Source: Candidatus Methylomirabilales bacterium (GTDB lineage Bacteria; Methylomirabilota; Methylomirabilia; Methylomirabilales; CSP1-5). Taken from it: a stretch of DNA of 15,071 bases. Below the pieces are notes generated by a model that worked only from the letters and a program-made list of their open reading frames with translations, searched no databases and was not told the origin of the DNA. The stretch covers positions 1-15,071 of the forward strand of contig JBHIAH010000063.1 in NCBI GenBank assembly GCA_046758505.1, in the 5' to 3' direction. Of this stretch, positions 1 to 6,288 are shown one piece after another. A program made the translations under genes and the position numbers. Position 1 is the stretch's first letter. Each line of letters starts with the position of its first letter.

Positions 1-222
1 TCAGACATTGGTATTTTTATATTGAGGCAAGCGACCGGGTGACCCTCGAACCCTGCTCCCTGGTATCGACCACGCCCTCCGGGCCGCTGGCCCGCTCGGC
101 CGCCACGTTTACCTGGCTGACGCCCATACGGACACGGCCCAGGGCTGCGCACCCCTGCCGAAAATCGGACAGTCCCCTCCCGCTCGTAATCAGCATCCTG
201 TGAGAAAATAAGGGATTTTTCC

Positions 223-238
223 AGGCACAGTTATTGCT
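223..238 (+). promoter_or_regulatory. sigma54 (-24/-12) promoter for the PC4-PilZ gene at 375
   Basis: AGGCACAGTTATTGCT: GG(224-225)-N10-GC(236-237), close to the consensus TGGCAC-N5-TTGCW. An AT-rich tract lies just upstream. Confidence 0.75.
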
Positions 239-374
239 CAAAGGGAAAGGGCGCGCACCGGGAGCGTTGATCAGCCCGGGAAGCGAAAAGCGGATCCCCC
301 TGTGTCGATCCGCAGAGGTGAAGGCGTTATCCGAAAAATTCGGTAACTATCGATCGGGAGGGATCGAACAGACG

Positions 375-1034
375 ATGGGGAAGACACTCAAGCAAAACAC
401 AAGCAATCAGGTCGGGAAGATCTGCCTGTCGCTCCGTCACGCTCCTGGGAGCCCGTGCATGGAACTGCGGCTGTGTTGTCCATCGTCAGAACCCGGGGAA
501 GGGTGCGTGCCGCAGGGGGACGGCATTGCCGTGCCGCTGAATCTTCTTCTGGAGCTTGGTCGTCTCCTCAGACAGATCGGGGACCGCCTCATCACCGAGG
601 CGCCGTCATCCCCCTCGTCGCCCCCGTCGGCAATTACCATGCAAGGGGGCGAGGCAACCGGCCTGGATCTCTTCGTTCCCTTTAGCCACCGGGGTGAGTC
701 CCGCAGGACGGTCCGGGTCCCCCTGAACCTCCAGGTGGCGTGTCGCCTCCTGAGCGAGAACTGTCCCCCCAAACCCTTGGTCGGCGGCGTCGGCAATATC
801 AGCAGAGGAGGCCTGCAGCTCTGGCTCGCCCAGCGATTGACCCTCTACAGCCGCGTGGAACTCTTTGCGCGGATGGCCGGGGCGAACTTCCGCGGCCGGG
901 CCGAGGTCGTCCGCGCCGAGGCGCAACCCGAGGACGGCCGATATGAACACGGCTTGCGTTGGCTACACCTCACGCCCCAGGCCCAGGCTGCCTTGGCCAA
1001 GATGATCCGGGTTATAGACCCGCACGGCGCCTAA
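375..1034 (+). CDS. PC4/YdbC-like domain + PilZ domain fusion protein (paralogue 1), 219 aa
   Basis: C-terminal RRTVR (RxxxR) and NISRGG (D/N-x-S-x-x-G) PilZ motifs, followed by FRGRAEVV...HGLRW. N-terminal ICLSLR...MELR...GIAVP...helix pattern. Aligns end to end with 4501-5166. ATG 375 follows GGGAGGG (356-362), whereas the ORF-track TTG 234 sits inside the sigma54 -12 box. Confidence 0.85.
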   Translation: MGKTLKQNTSNQVGKICLSLRHAPGSPCMELRLCCPSSEPGEGCVPQGDGIAVPLNLLLELGRLLRQIGDRLITEAPSSPSSPPSAITMQGGEATGLDLFVPFSHRGESRRTVRVPLNLQVACRLLSENCPPKPLVGGVGNISRGGLQLWLAQRLTLYSRVELFARMAGANFRGRAEVVRAEAQPEDGRYEHGLRWLHLTPQAQAALAKMIRVIDPHGA

Positions 1035-1035
1035 G

Positions 1036-1110
1036 GTCCGGGCCGAAAATGGGGATAAGTTCAATTACATCCGGCACCCGTATGTCCGTGCCCCCATTTC
1101 GGCCGTGGAC
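1036..1110. repeat. Inverted repeat / long stem-loop immediately after the PilZ gene
   Basis: GGCCGAAAATGGGG (1041-1054) pairs with CCCCATTTCGGCC (1092-1104) with one bulge, plus GTCC/GGAC outer pairs. No U-tract. Confidence 0.55.
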
Positions 1111-1136
1111 AGGACCGTCAAGGTCGTAAGATCCCC

Positions 1137-1304
1137 TTGGAGCGTCTCCGTCCTTCTCTTCTCTTCGCTCTGGTGTTGCTCTTGCTCGCGCCCGCGGAAG
1201 GGGTCAAAGCTGGACAACCCGCTGCGGCGAGTTTTCCGCGGTACGTGGCTACAGACCTTCCCAGAGACATGCTGCGAGAGACGAAGGCGATCCTCTGGGG
1301 ATAG
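1137..1304 (+). CDS. Possible small secreted protein or gene remnant, 55 aa
   Basis: TTG-started ORF MERLRPSLLFALVLLLLAPAEGVKAGQPAAASFPRYVATDLPRDMLRETKAILWG has signal-peptide-like n/h/c regions. RBS is weak and it is not in the ORF track. Confidence 0.3.
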   Translation: MERLRPSLLFALVLLLLAPAEGVKAGQPAAASFPRYVATDLPRDMLRETKAILWG

Positions 1305-1410
1305 CATCTCGGTGTCCGTGGTGTCGGCACGGGAGCGGCCGTCGCCCTTTTGTAGACCGGGGCGGACGATGACGTCCAGAGCGATGCCGATGATTTGGAG
1401 GGAAGGTGCG

Positions 1411-1830
1411 ATGCTGACGGAAACGGAAGAGCGCTTTGTGCAACGGGTCTCCTCCAGGCACCGGTATACCATCGTCGCCGGCATTGCCCTGTTTGTTGTC
1501 GGGGGACTCTATGCAATCTGGGGCGTGCAACAGCTGGATCCCAAGCGCGCTCCCAATCCCCAGGCGGCCTTCGACCGTCCAATTGCACGGCTGGCGCTTC
1601 TTGCGGCTGATTACCGGGAGCGGCTCGATCGGGGTGAGCCCCAGACGGCCCGTGAGGAGACCCTGCTGACGCAGCTCAAGACTCAGACGGACATGACGGT
1701 TCGCCTCGTCCTCGTGCTGCTGCGATTCCTGTTGGGCAGCATGGTGTTCACCGGGGGCGTGATCGTTTTCGCCGTCGGCCTGACGCAGAGGCAATTCCTG
1801 GGCATCATTGGAAAACGGCGGCAGGTATAG
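1411..1830 (+). CDS. Hypothetical membrane protein (2 hydrophobic segments around a helical loop), 139 aa
   Basis: ATG 1411 follows GGAGGGAAGG. Hydrophobic stretches YTIVAGIALFVVGGLYAIWG and LVLVLLRFLLGSMVFTGGVIVFAVGL. The upstream part of ORF 1105-1830 does not look protein-like. Confidence 0.75.
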   Translation: MLTETEERFVQRVSSRHRYTIVAGIALFVVGGLYAIWGVQQLDPKRAPNPQAAFDRPIARLALLAADYRERLDRGEPQTAREETLLTQLKTQTDMTVRLVLVLLRFLLGSMVFTGGVIVFAVGLTQRQFLGIIGKRRQV

Positions 1831-1876
1831 TCCAGACGTGCCCCTCGTCACCGCACAGACCTCAGCACTGAAGAGC

Positions 1877-1940
1877 GAGCGGTCAGTAGTCCGCCGTCAG
1901 GCGGGAAACCCTGAGGCTGAGCGCTGACCGCTCTTTCTTG
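1877..1940. terminator. Probable (bidirectional) terminator / structured element between convergent genes
   Basis: GAGCGGTCAG (1877-1886) pairs with CTGACCGCTC (1925-1934), followed by TTTCTT. Inner hairpin CCGCC-GTCA-GGCGG. Confidence 0.5.
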
Positions 1941-2040
1941 TGATGGCCGGCGGCTGGTGTGCACGGTGATCGGTCGTCGGTGGACTGTCACGCGGTAGTG
2001 CGGCACGAGGAGGGGAGCGTGGGGGGTGTCGACCGGAGGG

Positions 2041-2667
2041 TCATTCCCTCGGCTTCGGGTTGATGGAGGGGGGGATTGGAATTTTGAAATTCGCCAGAAT
2101 GTTCTGGACCTCCTTGAGGTTGCGGCCGATCCCCTCGAGGCCTTCCAGCATTTCCCCGTTCGACTGCGCCCGGACCTTCCCTCGGACCGCGGAGAGCTCC
2201 TTGGAGGCCAAACCGTGTTGCTCGTGAATCGCGATCAGCGTCGAGGCGAATTTCTTGAAGGTACCGTCGAGCAGTTGTACGAGCTCCTGGAGGTCATCAT
2301 CACTGCGAATCCGAACGGAGGACGGGAGATCCCCCCCCTGGCCTCTCCGCAGGATCTGCTCGATGCGGTAGAGCGGGCCGGCGAATTTGTGGGTGATGAA
2401 AAAGCTCAGGATGCCGCAGGCGAGCATGCTGATGAGGAAGGCAGGCCAGATGGTGACGCTCAGGGCATAGATCTGGCCCAGGATGGCTGCCTTCTCGAGT
2501 TCGGAGCCCGGTCCCCGCAGGCCTAGGTGGAGGGGAATGAAGGCCAGGAAGATCACGAGAAACGCACACACGATCAGCGGGACCAGGAAGAGGAAGAAAT
2601 ACTTCCGCTGGATCGGATGGACGTAGAACCTCCGGCGCCAGAAGGGTAAGGGTCGATGCTGCCCCAT
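2041..2667 (-). CDS. Two-TM HAMP-domain protein (MCP-like N-part, no signalling/kinase domain), 208 aa
   Basis: RRRFY...QRKY, two TM helices, then THKFAGPLYRIEQIL...GDL...VRIRSDDDLQELVQLL (HAMP pattern) and a short coiled-coil. AAGGAG (2674-2679) lies 6 nt before ATG 2667. Confidence 0.85.
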   Translation of the reverse strand: MGQHRPLPFWRRRFYVHPIQRKYFFLFLVPLIVCAFLVIFLAFIPLHLGLRGPGSELEKAAILGQIYALSVTIWPAFLISMLACGILSFFITHKFAGPLYRIEQILRRGQGGDLPSSVRIRSDDDLQELVQLLDGTFKKFASTLIAIHEQHGLASKELSAVRGKVRAQSNGEMLEGLEGIGRNLKEVQNILANFKIPIPPSINPKPRE

Positions 2668-2744
2668 GCTCATCTCCTTCGCTCATCGCGAGGCACGCGG
2701 GGGCCTCCCTCCTCGGGACTCCGAGTCGGGCAGGAGCTTTGTGG

Positions 2745-2760
2745 TGCAACGGTCATGCCA
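2745..2760 (-). promoter_or_regulatory. sigma54 (-24/-12) promoter for the HAMP gene
   Basis: Minus strand TGGCATGACCGTTGCA, exact GG-N10-GC spacing, ~80 nt upstream of the ATG. Confidence 0.85.
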
Positions 2761-2818
2761 AAAGGGGCATATCTATCAGTCAATGCGGTTTCTCCTCCAG
2801 CTCTCCCCCAGCCTGTTC

Positions 2819-2848
2819 TTGACATCCCCCCGCCCCGTCGGGGATACT
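2819..2848 (+). promoter_or_regulatory. sigma70-like promoter (copy 1 of a repeated element), facing the REC-PAS gene
   Basis: TTGACA-N18-GATACT. The same architecture recurs at 6439-6468. Confidence 0.55.
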
Positions 2849-3104
2849 GAAGGTCCTTCCAGGAGTCACAGGCATGGAGCCGGGGTAGCCGTACGACGAT
2901 CGAATCCGTCGCTGGTCCCACCGTTGGTGCACCAGAGATCCGGACGCCTTTTCGGCCGTGGTATGGCCGGGGAGGGCGATTGACCTTTTTGGCCAGGGGA
3001 CACGGTACCCCGAGATGGGGGGAGGGGTATCTGTCTTGTAACACTGATCGACGCTTCAGAGGTCGGACGAGGTATTCGCGAAGCGGCGGAAGGGGGGACC
3101 CCCG

Positions 3105-3890
3105 GTGCGCTCCGGTCCGCGTATCCTGTTGGTGGAAAACGACCGCGTGATCCTGGAGGCCGTGTCGGATTTGCTCGCCGCCAGGCGTTACCACGTCACC
3201 AAGGCCCGGGACGGATTGGAGGGGCTGGAGGGATTCCGGAAAGGTCCCATCGATCTGATGATCCTCGACCTCGTCCTGCCGAAAATCGATGGGTGCGAGC
3301 TCTGTCGCATCATCCGGCAGGACGAGCGGGGCCGCTCGCTGTCCATCATTGTGTTTTCGGCGCTGGCCCCGCAGGAGGTCGCGAGGCTCCCCCGCTTGAG
3401 TGCCGATGCCTACGTCGCCAAGGGGCCGCTGACGGTCGTGATCCCTAACATCCTGGATGCCATCAAAGTGGTAACCCGCCGCCGGAAACGCCTGGGATCG
3501 CAAAGGGTGTTTGGGTACGAAGGGTTCCGTCCGCGCCAGATCATGAGCGAACTCCTGGCGTCGCGGCATTACTACCAACATCTCGTCCACGCGGGCGCCG
3601 ACGTGGTCATCGAGCTCGACCCCCATGCAAAGATCCTCTCGGCGAATGTCGTGGCCCTGCGGCTGCTCGGACGGTCCGAGGCGCACGTGGCCGGCCTCCC
3701 CTTGGCTGCGCTGCTCGCCCCCGGGGATCGGGTGGCCTTTGAAGGCGTGCTTGAGCGGATGGCGCGAGACCCCAAACGGGGAGCGGAGGTGGTCGAGCTG
3801 ACACTCGGGGGGGCCCGGCATCGCCTGCGCTGCTGTCCGGTGAGCGATAACGGGGCCATTGCGGGTTTCCTCGTGACCGCGGGCCCCTGA
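3105..3890 (+). CDS. Response regulator receiver + PAS domain protein (no output domain), 261 aa
   Basis: ILLVENDR...ARDGLEGL...DLMILDLVLPKIDGCELCR (phospho-acceptor Asp)...FSA...ADAYVAK, then PAS-like ADVVIELDPHAKILSANVVALRLLG...G.PL..LLAPGDR. Stops right after the PAS domain. Confidence 0.9.
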   Translation: MRSGPRILLVENDRVILEAVSDLLAARRYHVTKARDGLEGLEGFRKGPIDLMILDLVLPKIDGCELCRIIRQDERGRSLSIIVFSALAPQEVARLPRLSADAYVAKGPLTVVIPNILDAIKVVTRRRKRLGSQRVFGYEGFRPRQIMSELLASRHYYQHLVHAGADVVIELDPHAKILSANVVALRLLGRSEAHVAGLPLAALLAPGDRVAFEGVLERMARDPKRGAEVVELTLGGARHRLRCCPVSDNGAIAGFLVTAGP

Positions 3891-4035
3891 CTTTGTCCTT
3901 TCCGATTCCCTCTCTCCTCCCGCGCCAGTCCGCGATACAGAGGCTGTGAAAAATCCGCATGCGAAGAGCAGCGTCCTGCGCACGTGTGGGGGGCCAGGAA
4001 GATCTTGCCGCTTGCTGATGGTGTACGGGATTCTC

Positions 4036-4069
4036 AAAAGAACGGGGGCCGCCATTCCTGGCGACCCCC
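4036..4069 (-). terminator. Rho-independent terminator of the small zinc-finger gene
   Basis: Minus strand GGGGGTCGCCA-GGAA-TGGCGGCCCCC-GTTCTTTT: 11-bp stem (one G-U), GNRA loop, U-rich tail. Confidence 0.85.
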
Positions 4070-4123
4070 TCGGTTTCGGGGCTGGCTGGACCGGGCCCCA
4101 ACCGGGTGTTCCTCCACAAACGG

Positions 4124-4285
4124 TCAGGCGGCCTTTTCAGGGACCTCGACCTTGGCAGTCGCTGCCTGTTTGGCTTCGCACGCAGGACAGAAGTGAACGG
4201 GGAAGTTCAGCTTTTCATCCCGTCGGTACCCCATGAGGATCCCGCCGCAGGTGGGGCAGGTAGGTGCCTTTGCCACGAGGGACAT
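4124..4285 (-). CDS. Small CPxCG-type zinc-ribbon protein, 53 aa (absent from ORF track)
   Basis: MSLVAKAPTCPTCGGILMGYRRDEKLNFPVHFCPACEAKQAATAKVEVPEKAA has two CPxC knuckles. Perfect SD AAGGAGGTG (4292-4300) 6 nt before ATG, with its own promoter and terminator. Confidence 0.85.
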   Translation of the reverse strand: MSLVAKAPTCPTCGGILMGYRRDEKLNFPVHFCPACEAKQAATAKVEVPEKAA

Positions 4286-4296
4286 CTCACTCACCT

Positions 4297-4453
4297 CCTT
4301 GGGGGCCCGGTCTCGCCCAAGGGTCAGAGGAGAGACGGGGAGGGTCTCATGTGTCGTCTCTCAGGGGAGGCTTCACTGCCGGGAAAAAATCCGGTGGGGA
4401 CTCTCTGGGTCGTTGCACTAGTTCAGGCAGGATCCTTCGTCTCAAACTCCCCT
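4297..4453 (-). promoter_or_regulatory. Structured ~170-nt 5' leader of the zinc-finger gene (candidate cis-regulatory RNA)
   Basis: Three consecutive stems: AGGGGAG/CTCCCCT (4447-4453 with 4363-4369, enclosing CTGCC/GGCAG), GAGAGACG/CGTCTCTC (4330-4362), and CCTTGGG/CCCAAGG (4297-4322), which overlaps the SD. Confidence 0.45.
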
Positions 4454-4462
4454 ACATCCTGA

Positions 4463-4490
4463 AACATATGCCCGCGTGCTTCCCTGTCAA
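4463..4490 (-). promoter_or_regulatory. sigma70-type promoter for the zinc-finger gene
   Basis: Minus strand TTGACA (4490-4485)-N16-TATGTT (4468-4463). Confidence 0.65.
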
Positions 4491-4500
4491 GGGAGAAATA

Positions 4501-5166
4501 TTACCGGTGAGTCTGGATGATCTTCGTCAGGGCCGTCTGGGCCTGGGGACTCAAGGAGAGCCACTGCAGGCCATGGCGGTAGGTTCCGTCCTTTGGATGC
4601 GATGCCACTTCCACCACCTCTGCCTGTCCTCGGAAGATGAGCTCTCCAATCCTCATGAAGACGGCGAGGCGGCTCCAGGCCGGAAACTGTGCGGGGAGCC
4701 GGACCAGCGCGCCGCCGCCGCTCAGAACCCTGATTTCCCCGGTCACCTGATCAGGCAGGGGCTTGGAAGGCCAGGTGTCCGGGGCGCTCAAGAGATGGCA
4801 CTCAAGGGGCAGTCGGACGGGTACCCGGGGTTCGGCGCGGCTATCAGACGTGGTGCCCCGCGGGTCTGCCAGGCACAGGGGGACCGGATCGCCGGCCTCC
4901 CCCTGCATCAGGGTGGTGAGGGACGGGAAATCCACCAATCCCTCGTTGACGAGATGGTTGTGGGTCTGTTCGAGGACGCGGCACAGGTCCGAGAGCACGT
5001 GCACGGGTACGGCGATCCCTTCCGGCTCCGGCAGGTACGCCCCACGGTGGTGCGCGGAGCGGCCGTAGACCCGCAGCTCCACATGCAGTTCTCCGTGGAC
5101 TTTCCGGAGCGAGACCCGGATCTCCTCGGACTCATTGCGGCTGACCCGGCCGAGGTTCTTCTTCAC
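4501..5166 (-). CDS. PC4/YdbC-like domain + PilZ domain fusion protein (paralogue 2), 221 aa
   Basis: N-terminal EEIRVSLRKVHGELHVELRVY...P..EGIAVP..VLSDL follows the PC4/p15 pattern (VSV..FKG..LIDIREY...P..KGISL). C-terminal RAEPR and VLSGGG PilZ-type motifs. GTG 5166 follows AGGAGGGGAGG. Confidence 0.88.
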   Translation of the reverse strand: MKKNLGRVSRNESEEIRVSLRKVHGELHVELRVYGRSAHHRGAYLPEPEGIAVPVHVLSDLCRVLEQTHNHLVNEGLVDFPSLTTLMQGEAGDPVPLCLADPRGTTSDSRAEPRVPVRLPLECHLLSAPDTWPSKPLPDQVTGEIRVLSGGGALVRLPAQFPAWSRLAVFMRIGELIFRGQAEVVEVASHPKDGTYRHGLQWLSLSPQAQTALTKIIQTHR

Positions 5167-5354
5167 GGCCTCCCCTCCTGGTTGCACGTACGGGCGGGAG
5201 CTGGAGGGAAGGCGCGAGACAGGTTTTCCGGTAGGGGTGAGCGGGGGCGTGTGTCTCTGTTTCCTCACGCATCAGCAGATGGATGCCAGGACCCCATGCC
5301 GCTGGTGTCTGGACCGCGCTGCTTCCCCCGCGGTTCCGCTTGTTCATTGCACTG

Positions 5355-5370
5355 TGCAACGGGTGTGCCA
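5355..5370 (-). promoter_or_regulatory. sigma54 (-24/-12) promoter for PC4-PilZ paralogue 2
   Basis: Minus strand TGGCACACCCGTTGCA, a perfect consensus match. AT-rich tract at 5381-5410 upstream. Confidence 0.9.
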
Positions 5371-5703
5371 AGGGCGAACGTAGCATAAGTATATATTTTC
5401 AAAGACTTTCGCGGCCGCCTGGATAGAGAAGTCTGGGTGAAGCTGTCTTGAAACCGACACCCACTATAGGCGGGGGTGTTGGCCGGGCGTAGATCGCCCG
5501 CCGGGTGACACACCGTCCCCGATCCGGGGTCGCCGGTCGTTCCCGGACCTGCCTTTGGTGCTCCGGTGCATCTCCAGAGTGGCGGCAGGGATCAGACGTT
5601 CGAGGCGTACTCTGGGCGTATGCGAGCGGACCGCGGGGTCTGCGGGCGGGGATGCGCGTGCACGCGTCGTCGAGGTGTCACACGCTCACCTCGGGGTCGG
5701 AGG

Positions 5704-6027
5704 TCATTCGTGTCGCTCGTGAAGGGCCCAATGAACTGGGCCGTACGCGTTCGAGGCCGTGGAGCAGTGGTACCGGGGGTAGGCCCACGGGTCCGGCTCG
5801 TCGAGCTCGACGAGGTGGAGATCGAGTTCCTCGCGGACCTCCCGTAGGATCGCTTGGGCCTGCTGGTCCTCTCGACCCGGCTCGAGCATAAACTGCACCG
5901 TGTAGGTCCTGCCGGGGCCCGCCGCGAGGAGGGCGACCGGGGTGCAGCGCTCGCCGAACGGACCGTACGAGATCACGATGTGCTCGTCGTATGGGTTGAC
6001 AGGACCTTCGGCCCACGTCTGCTTCAC
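5704..6027 (-). CDS. Hypothetical protein, 107 aa
   Basis: GTG start after GGAG, GC3-rich codons, globular alpha/beta pattern, C-terminal PWAYPRYHCSTASNAYGPVHW. Family not recognised. Confidence 0.7.
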   Translation of the reverse strand: MKQTWAEGPVNPYDEHIVISYGPFGERCTPVALLAAGPGRTYTVQFMLEPGREDQQAQAILREVREELDLHLVELDEPDPWAYPRYHCSTASNAYGPVHWALHERHE

Positions 6028-6078
6028 GCTGATGCTCCGTGCGTTGCGTGCTCGGGATGGGGGCGATGCATGGGACCG

Positions 6079-6249
6079 TTACGCATGGGCCGGGACATGT
6101 GTGTAGATCCCCTCGAGCTTCAGGACATGGATCCCGGGGCGCCATGTGGCCAGCGTCTGGATCGCCTTCGCAAAATCCGGCGCGGCCACTTCCTTGAGTT
6201 CGGCCTCCGCCCCGGGCGTGGCCTTGACGCGAAAAACGAATATTGGCAT
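6079..6249 (-). CDS. Small hypothetical protein, 56 aa
   Basis: MPIFVFRVKATPGAEAELKEVAAPDFAKAIQTLATWRPGIHVLKLEGIYTHVPAHA (beta-beta-alpha-beta pattern). GAGGGGAAG SD, and directly downstream of a sigma54 promoter. Confidence 0.7.
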   Translation of the reverse strand: MPIFVFRVKATPGAEAELKEVAAPDFAKAIQTLATWRPGIHVLKLEGIYTHVPAHA

Positions 6250-6288
6250 CGCTCTTCCCCTCACGTGTGCGCTTCTCTCAGGGAGTCC

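Noticed and set aside
234..374. ORF-track N-terminal extensions (234, 1105, 5268, 7666, 11318, 13422 starts)
   Set aside because: Downstream starts have better SD sequences or match paralogue and family lengths. Several extensions overlap predicted promoters.
1868..1910. Hammerhead-like words CTGAAGA…GAAAC
   Set aside because: There is no R-Y pair closing stem II and no stem III/UH cleavage site in the right topology.
2861..2888. AGGAG followed by ATG GAG CCG GGG TAG mini-ORF
   Set aside because: Only four codons, with no evidence for a leader-peptide role.
4305..4455. yybP-ykoY (Mn) riboswitch resemblance (GGGGAGT…GCGAGACC)
   Set aside because: It lacks GGGGAGUAGC and the CGUCA-type loop, and the two ends do not pair as required.
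4408..4482. c-di-GMP-II riboswitch resemblance (…GCAC…TAGTGCAACGACC on the minus strand)
   Set aside because: Only the 3' word resembles the family. The GCAC partner lies inside the promoter spacer (not transcribed from this promoter) and the kink-turn/P1-P2 layout is not evident. A cmscan would settle it.
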